Below, in pieces: positions 11,029-23,290 of a stretch of DNA of 49,040 nt. Position 1 is the first letter of the stretch; every line of letters starts with the position of its first letter. This DNA comes from Octopus bimaculoides (Eukaryota), in the NCBI RefSeq assembly GCF_001194135.2, contig NC_068982.1, positions 26,725,241-26,774,280 of the forward strand, given 5' to 3'. The notes below the pieces were generated by a model. It searched no databases, was not told where the DNA came from, and worked only from the letters and a program-made list of their open reading frames with translations. Position numbers and translations under genes: made by a program.

Positions 11029-13838
11029 TGATGGACCCACCGTCGGTTTCGACGTATGAGGCTCCAACAACGTATTCTTTCTTTGTCAGTCGTAATGCTC
11101 ATGTCGAATGTGACATTTAAGTCCTGCCAACAATTTACAAAGAAGGCCACAGATGCTGCAAGCATAAGGATTACAGATCAGTGCAGGTGATATATTTGCA
11201 GCCGCTTTTAACTTTTGCCTTGCATCCCAAAGCCTGTTAATGCCAATTGCGACAAAGTTTCTAATACCATTTTGACACAACAATCTACATTCTGTTCGTT
11301 CCAAGGATGTTCGCTCAAAGGTGTTGTGAGATATCTTCATCTCTAAAAGATTACTTTTCAGCTTGTCCTTATATCTGAGCCATGGTCGACCAACATTCCT
11401 GTGCCCACTCTCAAGCTGGCTGTACATGAGGACTTGGTATATTCTTTCGTCACTCATTCTGACAGCATGGCCATCCCAGCGCAATTGTGATTGCTTAGGG
11501 AAGCGCTCGATCCACCAACCTTGCACTTGCTAAACGGGTCGACATTAAAAATTCTGTCTTTTAGTGAATAACTGCAGATTGTTTTAAGACAACCTTTGTG
11601 GAAGATGTCTAGTTGGTTAATGTGTCATCTATAGGGTATCCACAATTCTGAGCCATACAAGAGAGTAGTAATAATGGCAGCTTTATAGATCTGTACTTTG
11701 GTGTCAAGTTTGCTGCCCCTTTCATTCCAGAGGCGATGACGGGGTTTGCCAAATGCGTTGCTTGCCTTTGCAAGACGGTTAACGATTTCTTCATCAAGGG
11801 AAGCGCTCGAATTCACTTTACTACCAAGATATGTAAATGACTTCTCATAATTTATGCTTTCCCCATTAACCTGTATAGGATTGTCAGGACAATTGTGAAC
11901 CGGTGGCCTCTACTTGACACCTCGAATTTGTTTAGGAGTAGGGTAAAGTGGATTACTTCCGTCTTCTTTATGCTGGTGGTCAAACGAAAGGCTTTACATG
12001 CAGCAGAAAACCGGTCTAGAAGTTCTTGAGCTTCCTCTAACGAGGTCGCTACTAGTGCAGCATCGTCTGCAAAAAGTAGATCACGAATGATACTGGTGTG
12101 TAACAATGTTCTGGCTTTGAAACGCTGATGATTGAATAGTGTACCACTTGTTCGAAACTGGAATTTGACACCACTTTGTATGTCGCCAAAAGCATACCTC
12201 GGCATCACTGAAAAGAAGAGTGCAAACAAAAAAAGGAGCCAAAACACAACCTTACTTTGTGCCATTTGTAACGTCGAAGAAGCCAAAGATTCCCCACCAG
12301 GCACGACAGCAGCCTTCATTCCCTCATGAAATGATAACATTCGCCATTTTGTCAGGTATACCAAGCTTTTTCACAACTTTCCATTGTGCTTTCCTGTTAA
12401 CTGTGTCGAAGACCTTAATAAGGTCAACGAATACCATGAACAACTCTTAATTTTTCTCACGTACCTTCTCCATGACTTGACGAAGGAAAAAGATCATGTC
12501 AATAGTGTCACGACCAGAGCGAAATCCGCCCTGTGATTCTGGATAGATATCATTTACAACGTGTTTGATGATCCTGTCAAGAATGAGTCGAAGCGATATC
12601 CCACAATTATTATCACAGATACGTCTGTTTCCTTTGAAGATGTTGAATAAAGATGTTGAATTGAAGCATCTTTGAAGTCCAGCTGTAGACGGCCTGCCAT
12701 CCAAATATTTATGAAGAGGTCATGCAGTTTCTTAAAAAGCTTCTGTCCACCATGCTTGTAGATTTCAGGAGGTACAGCATCCTTGCCAGGCGCTTTACCA
12801 GAAGAGATCTTTTTAATAATAGAATTTACCACTTCCAGGAAGGTTAGCTCCAGAGACAGTTCTGGTATTTCATCATTAGTGACTGAGTGTAGTTCAACAC
12901 GGCTTCGAAGTTGTCTATCCATCGTTTATGGATGTCAAATTTGTCAGTCAACAGTATCTATTGGATGAAAAAATAGGAGTAACGCCGTGCTTTTTAGGAC
13001 CATACACTTTGTTGAGGCCATCATAAAAGGCTTTAGAATCCTTTCTGTCTACAGGTTCTTGAAGTTCAGTAGCCTAGGCAGACCACCAATCTCCTTCATC
13101 TGTCTGAAAGCACGTTGGATCTGGCTTCTTCATTTCTTAGAAGCATTCTCTTTTCTGAATGAGCTCTTATCATTAATCAATGTTTTGTGAAAGATGTGCA
13201 TTTTATCTATAAACTGTTTTACATCGCTGTTGTTATCGCCGAACCAAGTTTGGTGTTTACGAACAGGGAGTCCAAGAACCAGAGTACGTTGCATCACGCA
13301 GTCTTCCAAGTTGATTCTATGTCATCATTGATATCAACAGTGTTGAGTGCAGTGTCCAACTTGATAGAGAGCTGAGCCTGCTTTTCAACTGTTTTCAAAG
13401 GCAGAACATTAATGTGCTTAGGCACTGATGACTTTTGTAGTCTTGTGTGTTTAAGATGAAACGTAGCCTTACTACGGAGAAGAGAATGGTCAGAGAGATA
13501 GCAGGTGTTATGAAAGGAACGTGTAATGTTAAAGTCCTTAATATCTCGTTTCTTAGAGATAACATAGTCTATGAGATGCCAAACCTTAGATTTAGGATGC
13601 ATCTATGTCGTCTTGCAACAATTTCGCTGTTGAAAAACGTATTTGTGATGCTTGGAGTGAATTCCCTGTAGAGGGAGAGCACACGCAGACCGATGAAGTT
13701 CATTCGGCATACACCATTGTGACCCTCCCATGCCTAATAGTCAGTACCAGCACGAGCGTTAAAGTCGCCCATAAAGATACGTTTATCCCTATGGTGACAA
13801 CTGAAGATGACATCACGGAGATGGTAGTAAAATTCATA
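11029..13838 (-). mobile_element. RTE-clade LINE (APE endonuclease + RT + C-terminal zinc finger), 5'-truncated and degenerate
   Basis: Endonuclease motifs: FMGDFNARAG and HPKSKVWHLIDYVI..SDH. RT motifs: KAPGKDAVPPEIYK, PESQGGFRSGRDTIDMIF and LLFADDAAL. C-terminal motifs: QLRWDGHAVRMSDER and CSICGLLC..GLKCH. The 3' end abuts (TA)n. Confidence 0.92.
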
Positions 13839-14299
13839 TACAAACAATTATAAATAAGGGTAAAAGAAAAGTTTTTTTTCTTTTCCAATATACTGAAAAA
13901 TAGACGCTAAATCGTCTAACCACATAAAATATTTTCACTATGTGTCGGCTTGCTACGGAATTTCTACTTAGATATATTTGGGGTACTTGAATGCATTCAT
14001 GATTTTGTGTCTGCTTTTCTGTGGGTATGTCTATGTATTTAATTTATTTTCATTTTGCGTTTCTCGCTGATGAAGGAGAAATCCTTTTGGATTAATCCAC
14101 AAATCAGAACTGATTCGGAGATAACTAAAATTTTTATGAATTTCTGTTAGCTTGCTTTCCTCGTTTCGACACATGGTGTGATAATACAGTGAAAATATTT
14201 TATGTATTTAGACGATTTAGCGTCTATTTTTCAGCATATTGGCAAAGAATTTTTTTTCTTTTGCCTTTATGTATAATTGTTTTTATAATTTCACCTTAA
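13838..14299. mobile_element. MITE with about 110-bp terminal inverted repeats; right end ..CACC|TTAA
   Basis: 13838-13947 and 14168-14295 are inverted copies (AAAAATAGACGCTAAATCGTCTAA / TTAGACGATTTAGCGTCTATTTTT). The outer left end is missing. Confidence 0.7.
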
Positions 14300-14679
14300 A
14301 AGGTATTTTTCGAATGTTGGCCACTGATAGAATTTTTAAATAAAATGTTATCCTTATATTAGAAGTATATATATANNNNNNNNNNNNNNNNNNNNNNNNN
14401 NNNNNNNNNNNNNNNNNNNNNNNNNNNNNNNNNNNNNNNNNNNNNNNNNNNNNNNNNNNNNNNNNNNNNNNNNNNNNNNNNNNNNNNNNNNNNNNNNNNN
14501 NNNNNNNNNNNNNNNNNNNNNNNNATATATATATATATAAATTGCTTATTACTAGTTTATTTTTTTACTCTTCTTTTTTTGTGGGAGTTGTTGCCTAAGG
14601 AGACATCCTTGCAGTAAGCGGCAACTCACACAAGTTGTTTGATTGTTCTGGTGATGGGAGGGGTTACGTCAACAACGTG

Positions 14680-15236
14680 AGCAAGCTGGAAGATATAGTT
14701 CTCTAGGTAGTGAATTAAAGAAAAAAGAGAGATGACCACACTCGACTGCAAAAGATGTCTTAAGCATGTATGCGTATTATTGTAATACATTGCTATGTTA
14801 GAAAAAAGGAATTACTCTAGCGGAGGAAAAGAGCAAGCTTACTGTTGAAAAGTTTCAAAGTTCGTCAGGTCAACGTTAGAGAGATGAGGAAGAAGAGGGA
14901 TAGAAAAAGCGAATGAGAGAGAGAGGAGGGGCATAAAGCTATCTAGACAGTGACTTGCGAACCAGCAAGCTGGAAGATATTGTTCTCTAGGTAGTGAATT
15001 AAAGAGAAAAGAGAAAACAGCATGTCTTTTTCAGACATGACCACAATAATCTTCAAAAGATATCTTAAGCATGTATACGTATTATAGTAATATAGGCTAT
15101 GTTAATTCACTACCTAAAGAACTATATCTTCCAGCTTGCTGGATCGTAAGTCATTGTCTAGATAGCCTTATACCCTTCCGTCTCTCACTCAGTCTCGCTT
15201 TTTCTATCCCTGTCCTTCCCCCTCTCTCTAACGTTG
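14680..15236. repeat. Compound direct plus inverted duplication (foldback)
   Basis: 14871-15002 is inverted relative to 15102-15236 (99-bp spacer). 14680-14800 is a direct repeat of 14964-15104. Confidence 0.8.
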
Positions 15237-15311
15237 CACATGTAAGGATACACATCATAGCAGAACGAAATAGAATAAGCAGAGCAAGAGCACGCACGAA
15301 GATGGAAAGTG

Positions 15312-15351
15312 TCGCTGAAGAGGTCACAGATGTGTGACGAAAGATTTATGA
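15312..15351 (+). ncRNA. Hammerhead-like motif with an extra G after the core
   Basis: TCG-CTGAAGA-G-GTCACA GATG TGTGAC-GAAA-GATT-TA-TGA. Stem II is a perfect 6 bp; stem I is weak. Confidence 0.5.
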
Positions 15352-15512
15352 ACAATGGACATGTGTTAGAATAAGAACAGTAATAAACGAGTGGAGAACG
15401 AATATATAGTGCGTGTGTTTATTTAACAAAACAAAAAACAATGACTGTCCCGAAATACAATATCTGTTTCAACACACGACTCCACATCAGGAATCTTGCA
15501 ACACAAATTCAT

Positions 15513-15568
<56 letters not shown>

Positions 15569-16459
15569 TCTTTTGAGTGAGTATACATACTTTACATAGA
15601 GAACATGCTACTCAAAACTTCAACAAATAGAGTGAGTTATTTTATAAGTGTTTTATTAACAGAATTATCCTATCCTGTTTCGATCGTTTGCAACTATGTT
15701 CACAAGTAATTCTATTCAGTGTTAACGCTAAACTGTTAAATGTATATCTTTCCTTCCTGGAGCTAAGGAAGTGTAATATTCAAGTAGATACAGAATTCAA
15801 TAAAGGTGTAAGGTGTGACCTGGAAGGGGGTCAGTCCTTGGCCTGCTGTCGGCAATCAAATCGCATTGCAATAATCCGATCAATGTATTTTTAAATTTAA
15901 CGGACGAGTGCTTAAATATAAGAAATCTTTAAGAATAGAATCTGAAATAAATTGTATGAATATTTTTAAATTGACCAGCGTTCATGCTATAAAGGTTAAG
16001 TTCAAACTGTAATTATATTCTATAAAATCAAATTAAAGAATATTGAAGATAATTATCGTTAGGATTAAACCATTTTAGTTTCACCCTTGGTCAATATAAA
16101 AATATTCTAACATTTTAATTCAGGTTATATTTTAAAGATTTCTTATACTTTAGCACTCAATCATTAAATTTAATCCGTTTGCTTCAATGGAATTTGGTTT
16201 GGTTGGGAACCATGACACGAGAATAGGTCAAAGCAGTGTCTTCTACTTCACACTCTACATAATTTCCACTTCTGCAGCCATTGTTTAACATTGTATGGCT
16301 TTGTTACCTCTAACATCCCATCCAGCAACAAGTGATATATTTAGCATTTCTAAAGAATATAATCAATGGCTAAGAATATGATCACCAGGGATCGAAGCGG
16401 GATTAACATCGCAAACCAGTCTCCTCCCTACCAAAAGAATAATGTATGCATGTATGTAT

Positions 16460-16574
16460 GTCATTGTTCAGTTTTATTTCAAAATTTCTTGCCAATATAG
16501 AAAGAGCCGGTTTCTAAACTAGATTCAAAGCTCCAACAGTGGAATTTCAGCATGAACGACAGGGTGTTTTTGCT

Positions 16575-16606
<32 letters not shown>

Positions 16607-17950
16607 TGTATGTGTGCAGATTTGTATGTTTTGCTTTATATATATACTCTCATGCATATAGTTGCATATCTAGACCTGTTTATATATATTTAAATGATAA
16701 ACTTCTGGAAAGTTTTAAGGATGTTTACAGTTCCAGTGATGGGTTGGATCTGTAGTCTTCGAATTCGCTTTCTCCTTTCTGCTTTCGCGAAGCCTAATTT
16801 CTCAATATTGGTATTTAGGCAGTGTGTTACATATCTCAGGGCCCCAATAATTACTGGTATAAATCTGAACTTGTAAACTTGATAGAGTAATTGCAGATTT
16901 CTCAATAGTGCAGCGTAGGTATTCTCTTTTTCACTAATCTTCAGTTTTATATTAACATCCCATGGCATCTAATTTCCACAATTGTGCACAGTTTCTCTTC
17001 TCTATCCCAAATCATTATATCAGGTCTGTTGAGCTTACATTCTATTGAAGACTTCACTGGGACATTTTACTAGTACTCCTTTTTATTGGGTGGCTATGGC
17101 TTCTACCATACTGTGGGTTCTTATTTCTTTGTCCTTGGAGCTATCCTCCCGACGGATTTCATTACAGTATCCTAGCTACAACATCATTTCTCATCAGTAG
17201 ATAATGCCGTGATGACATTTTCGGACTACAGCTTATGATTTGGGTGATATCTTCGGTGTTAACTTCACAAAGTCAGCATCAGTTGTCACATTTTACTCCT
17301 TTTCCTACATCTCTATCCCTTTTGTGCTTTCAAGTACTTGGTTGATATTTCCTGTTCCTGGATTGCAAACGCATACTCTCCAAATTGGGAGGTAGTATTC
17401 CGGATATTGGTCCATGATAAACCACTTTGATGATCGATGTTACTATCATCACGGAGCTTTCTACTAACATATCCAAGCATAGTTTTCAGCTCATATAGGC
17501 TCATTCTTTCATACGTTGCGATAGAGTTGTGCGACATCTAGGTTATCAGACAAAGAGTGTTGCTCAAGAAGCTGCCTTCCAAGTCATAAGATGTTATCAG
17601 CCTCATGTATGCAAACTTGGTGGTTAAAAGATGATGCCGAAGGTATATGATACGACATTCAAAGGCATTTTGGATTGATGTTAAGCTTCTGCCGCTTTGT
17701 TTTCGTTTTAGGTAGAAGCGGTCTACGTCACTGTTTATGTAGAAAATATGTGAACTTGTTAGTATTTTTCGGGTGTTCATATCAAGGGCTCGGATCTCAT
17801 CAATCCAATCAAGCAGCCCAAATGGCCCTGCAATCCCAGATCCACAGGCAATGAGGGACCTGGGAATCTATTTGCAATGATGCATTATTCTATATGTACA
17901 ATACCAAGTTGGCAACAAAATGAAGACATCTGGAAAGACAGATACTAACG
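16460..17950 (-). mobile_element. R4/Dong-type (RLE) non-LTR retrotransposon, 3' part
   Basis: Motifs in order: TRKILT..SDVDRFYLKRKQSGRSL, FAIQEQEISTK, a decayed CCHC knuckle (..EDITQIISCSP..RNDVVA), the restriction-like endonuclease NRPDIMIWDREEKLCTIVEI..PWDVN..EKENTY, and IPVIIGAL. Confidence 0.85.
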
Positions 17951-18029
17951 TCCATCACGACAAGAGACCAAGAAGTTATGTTGAGCCAGTGGAGGACCTT
18001 TGTTCTCAGCTTGTTCTTAATTTAGGCAT

Positions 18030-18475
18030 CGAGCGTTATACAAAAGCCCGAATTGGACGCCATTGAATTGTACTAAAGTATCATCCACCTACTCTAAAGT
18101 CGGTACGAGGTACTGCATTAGCTTACGGTTCAAAGACCCACAGTTCTTCAATGCTAGCAAAATAAAAATTAAGAAACCTTCGCAATGTGGATGCGAGTAT
18201 CTTCTTCAAACAGGAACTGGACATTCTCCTATCGCCTATACCGGAAAGCCAACGGCTCGGCATGAGGTAGAGATGAAAGCAGCAGTGCCACGCTCCCTCA
18301 TAAATCAAATGAGCCAACGACCAAAGGAAAAAGCACATACAGAAGTGTTTGATATGAAATTCCACCACTCTGTAGAAATCAGCCAAAGAAGAATGGTCTG
18401 TAAAAGTACAAAGTCACAGTGGTGCTCCAACATGACCTCAGCCGCATGGATGAAACGAATAAAATAATAAAATAA
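18030..18475 (+). mobile_element. CR1/L2-group LINE 3' end
   Basis: Frames read TRYCISLRFKDPQFFN, FFKQELDILLSPIPE and KAAVPRSLINQM, typical of CR1/L2 C-termini. It ends in an (AAAATAAT)2 tail. Confidence 0.55.
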
Positions 18476-18847
18476 TATACATACATACACACATACACCC
18501 TAATTTACCACCAGTTAATACTAAATGAGTTTGTAGTATGCCAGTCTTTACCAGATGGTGGTCAGTAAAATGACTGTTTTCTCTCCATCTTGTAGTTAAT
18601 ATGTTCCACCGAATTATGTACCTAACTGTCGTATGCAAAGCTAGAACATTACCCATTCAATTTGTTAAGTTACTGTTAACACTTTGAATTAAGTAAATAT
18701 CAAAAATCTAATTAGTTTAATTGCGTGCTGAGAAAAAGACATTAGGATATACTCAACATGTAATGAAAAGAAATACCTATATAGTTTGCATAAAAACAAA
18801 AGCAGGAGTTAATTTTTCTTGATTTATGGGTTAAAATCATTGTGATG

Positions 18848-18894
<47 letters not shown>

Positions 18895-18943
18895 AAAAAA
18901 AGTCAAGGTAGAAAATGCTAAAATAATTTTATAAAAATCAATT

Positions 18944-18979
18944 CAGTACCGGTTTCAGTCATTGAGACTTTTTCAACTG
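18944..18979 (-). ncRNA. Decayed minimal hammerhead motif in a PLE-type tail (about 18890-19120)
   Basis: CAG-TTGAAAA-AGTC TCAAT GACT-GAAA-CCGG-TA-CTG. Stem III is palindromic (ACCGGT); the core has two substitutions. Confidence 0.45.
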
Positions 18980-19673
18980 TAAGTATGGAATACAATTAAA
19001 TTTTGGAAAAATTAAAAGAAAAGTTTTTTAAAAGAATATTTTCCTTGTTTCTGCCTGTCTCTGTCTCTCTTGTTTACTCTTGTGGGTTCGAGGTCGTTGT
19101 GAATTAATATATATATATATATATAGCCGATACATTAAAATTAAGTCAATGTATTGCGGAGAAGCATCAAATAAAATATAGATGCTACTTAACAATATAT
19201 AAATTCATATATGGCATTACTTTCTTTGGTAAATTAAATATTCTTAACATTATACTTATACCTTAAGATAATCACTGAGTGAACGATGTTACGTTACTTC
19301 GACAAAAATCATTTTACTTGATTAGAATGATAAGTGGATTAGGTTGCTATTCTGTATACAAAATGAAAGTTTAATTTTTCAGAAAGAGCTCTTCACTTGA
19401 AAAGCCATTTCTCAAATTTCTTCAATAAAAGGGTCTGTTGAAAATAATATTTTCCCAACCGCATACTGACATAACCTTCTTCATATTATTTTAAAGATAT
19501 TTTCCCCAATTTCCGAGAAAATGATTATTTTTTACACGTTTAAAAAATTTTTTTGACTTTTTTGCTTCTTAAATGTAACTTTAGGAATATATACATTAAA
19601 CTATGTCAATACTTATGTCATGCCTTAAAGCCTTAGATGTCAACTCTGAAATATCAATATAATTTATGAGAAA

Positions 19674-19775
19674 GACGGAAGATGGAAAATACAAGAATCT
19701 TTGTTGGTCGCTACAATCGATTCGGCCCATCTACCATCGATCCCCTGCAGGTAGGATACTGTGCAACTGGTTTAG
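19674..19775 (-). repeat. Dispersed repeat, sibling of 47975-48076 (probably a PLE tail)
   Basis: Shared CTAAACCAGTTG..CAGTATCC.ACC....GGGATCGATGGTAGA...TTCTTGTAT.TTCCATCTTCCGTC. Confidence 0.7.
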
Positions 19776-20058
19776 ATGTATCCCTCGGTGTAGATAGGTT
19801 TTCTTAGGTGATTCCAAGAAGTATTTCGTTAAAATAAACTCTGTTTCGCACAATTTATTCCTGGATGTTTTCTTCTTGGTATTCAAATATAGAAATGGCA
19901 GATTAAGGGATACACCTTCACTATTATAGAAGATCCATAACAAAGTTGAGATACAAAAAGAAACAAATACATAATACAGCGAAAACAATTATTACATATA
20001 ACGGTTAGTAGATATGGATGTACAAAACCATACGATATATATATATGGGGGGGGGCTT

Positions 20059-20240
20059 CTCTGCAAGTTCCGCAACAGTTACGATGGGATTTTGTTCCAC
20101 CAGGGAACAAGACGTCCTCGTCAAGCTGTACAAATCTTGCAGGACGAGGCTTGTCTTCTAGGTTATAGTTTCCGATTCGGAAATATCTGGAACCACTGTT
20201 GACACTGGCTACCGCTTATTATTCGATCTCCATTTACTCG
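20059..20240 (-). mobile_element. Mariner transposase N-terminal (HTH) fragment
   Basis: Reads QCQQWFQ..FRIGNYNLEDKPRP..LDEDVL..VEQNPIVTVAELAEK with frameshifts. Confidence 0.75.
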
Positions 20241-20397
20241 CATTTTGCTTCACATATCACAAACTCGTCAGGAGTGTAATTGCATAATTGTTGTACCTGA
20301 TCTGCTGGCAAATACCTTAATAAACTTAAATATGACCTGTGATCAAGCAGTGATCCAGCATCTGAAGAGTAAAACTCACTACAAACACGCGCGCACA

Positions 20398-20429
<32 letters not shown>

Positions 20430-22214
20430 ACACACACACACTCATAAATATACATACATTACACACATTCAAGACTGTATCAAACATTTCGATCAATTAG
20501 ACCCTCTACATTTTGTGTCTTGTTTCTGCTACGTCTATAGCTTGCTGTCTTTTGAATTCGTTAAAGTTATGCTTTTCCAACATAAACCCTGCTCGATGCA
20601 TTCATCTGTCGTCAATATGTCACTGTAAATTTCTTAAAAATCCCTACAAAATATAGTCCCGAACTATATTTTCTTTTCAATTAAATGACAATCAACAATT
20701 CAGATGAAATTTTAACCGCACTAAACTCACTATTTCCTCGGATCGATCTCAACTCCTCATACCTATGAGTACGATAAAAAACGAGTATTTGACCCCAAGA
20801 AAGACAAATGCTAGGTTACCACGTCCTTTTTCACACACTTGTTTTTGTAATCAATAGTCGTAAAATTATAATAAGATATCAACATGCAGCCCATCATAAT
20901 TTTGATAATAATGATTTAACGGTTTCATATTCTATACGTTTCTTTGACTTACATACTGTTTCACTAACATATTTTGAGTTGAATTTATATGTGGGTGTAT
21001 TTTTTACTACATTCCCATTATAAACACTAATGTGGGAGTATTTTTAATTTATTTTGACCATAGACACTGAAGTCACAAAATGAAAAGAAAGATAGTAGAA
21101 ATCGTGTATCATTCAGTAATAATATAATAAATATAGTATTTAAATCACGACAAAATTACACGCATTTCGTTTATTCCTTTTATTTACTTTCATGTATGTG
21201 TAGGATGGTGATTTTTCAAAAACTATTTTAACTTCAATGTTATTATACTGACTGAAAACTATAACGTCACGTTAGAAAACTTCCTGTATTGAACTTTGCT
21301 TTTTTAAATTACCATGGCGAGCAATAAAACTGCTGGAAATGACAACAAAATTTCCATTGTAATATATTTAAGAACCAGTTTAACAATATGTTACAAACAG
21401 ATTATTTACATTATTACCCCTTGCATCGCATAAGGATTTTATTATTCAAATACATCTGTGCCTGTCAAAGAATTATTCGCTGTTTTATCACATTTATCAT
21501 TGTCAAAAAATAACCTTCATAAATAGTTAACAAATTTTCATAATTTTTTGTATAATGCTCAGTGAGGAGAATTCTGAGATTTTACATTAACTGAGAAAAA
21601 ATATAATATTGCTATGCCTCTAAACAGTCATAAATTTGATCCATATGGCAGCGAAGTCTTCTTTAACAAACTCCCTGGTATTTTAAATACAGATATTGTT
21701 TTCATTTTTTTCTTAAGGTACTAAATCTTAGGTTAACACGTCCTGCGATAAATATGACCGTTGAGCGCATTTAACGGAATTCGATTCGGTCAAAGATTTC
21801 GAGGCAGGTCTCCAGCAATGTTTCTTGTTAGCTGTACGCTTGTGCGTGTACACACAACTGACGCAGAATGGAGGAAAATATGCGCGCATAAGTTTTCCAA
21901 GATGAAATAAACTTTTTTAATACATGCAAAATGAAAGAAAATTGGGAAGTTGACAATTCTTCAGTGACCTTTTGGTGTAACTATGTAACTTCATAATTTC
22001 ACACGAAGCTTTGACATCGTTTGTTCGGTGCTTTGTGAACTGTCATCGCCACCACTTGTTCAATCGAGAGAAATAAATTGCTAAGCATGTTATTAATTTC
22101 ACTTTCTTCAGATTACAATGTCCTGGTAGTCTGATAACTCTGAACACTTTATAATCCTAGTGTTTTTAGAAATATATCCCATCCTATTTATTTCGAATAG
22201 AAAGAACAATCAGT

Positions 22215-23290
22215 ATAGCTTCCTGAAGAGACCCACTGTGACCTACTGTTCGAGAGTAACATGAGCGAACCAGATACTGATGAGAAAAAAGATTACTGAA
22301 GTCAACTAAAAGAGCTTTTGGAATAGTAGAAATATTAGGATAAAAGCAAAGATCGGAAGTTGAAAATTATGATAAAGGAAAAGGGAACCATTCGAATGGT
22401 CCATCTCGACTTTCTACTTGCTTTAAAAGGTAAACAAAAGGAAACCAGACGAGGTGAATAGATTAAATATCCTGATTTCTGGTTGATATTAGAGAAATGA
22501 TTAGTTAAAAGATTTTTAATTTTTGTGCAAGGGAAAATTATATCCAAAATTATTTTTAAATTTTACATAACTGGTAGTATTTACTTTTCAGAAGGAAGTG
22601 TTTTGTGCAAAGTTGATAGATATTTGAGGAACCTTCCTTGCATTTAGTGCAAACTGTGAATGAGATTGTAGTCCAATGACTGAAAAAGAAACAGTCTTGG
22701 AAACCGTTTAGGAAAATGCCATTTGATATGCTTATGTGAGAGGAAAAGTTACCAATTATATGAAAATTCAATCAGTTTAAGTAAAGTGCATAAAGAACTG
22801 GCCTATGCCAGAAAAGAAATAAGACAACAGTCATTGAATCTAGAACCAAACAACTTGAGAATGAATAGAAGAGTGACTTTATTATGTATGGTTAGAGTAA
22901 GCTCTGGGAGCTGACAAAATCATTAGATTTGGTAGGAAGAATGAGTTCCCAAAATCTAAGCAATTCGATCTCGCTTCACTGCCCCAATGTAGAAACGTCC
23001 TCGAGCAACATGTTTGGCGAAGTAACTTCCAGACCAGGATATGGAATCTCGCGAACATGGCAAAGCCTTCAGTGCCTAGACCAGACGAAGGACATGGATG
23101 GACAATGGAAGCTGGAATCATGAAGCCGAAGTGGACAGAGGGTGACTTGATGCCCCGTCAGTTGTGGGATATTCTGGAAGAACTTGAAGATGAAACTTGT
23201 GCATCAAATTCTGACCCTGATAGTGGGAGTGAACTTAATGAAAGTGACTTCCGTGACAGAGTTGGACCGGATGTGATACTGAAAGTGGTG
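22215..23290 (+). mobile_element. Academ-like (XPG/PIN-type) DNA transposon remnant
   Basis: Reads PDTD, GTIRMVHL and SLPQCRNVLEQHVWRSNFQTRIWNLANMAKPSVPRPDEGHGW..KPKW. This matches the LPP-x6-H-x2-R-x-N-Y-Q-x2-I-W...HGW block of XPG-domain Academ-type proteins. Many stops are present. Confidence 0.6.

Noticed and set aside
14066-14110. CTGATGA-AGGAGAAATCCT hammerhead-like start
   Set aside because: The conserved GAAA after stem II is absent.
19731-19988. 85-aa protein-like ORF on the minus strand
   Set aside because: Its 3' end lies within the dispersed repeat shared with 47975-48076, so a retroelement tail is more likely.
21310-21700. Possible L1/Tx1 RT remnant (MASNKTAGND)
   Set aside because: Only one weak motif; the rest is too degenerate to support.
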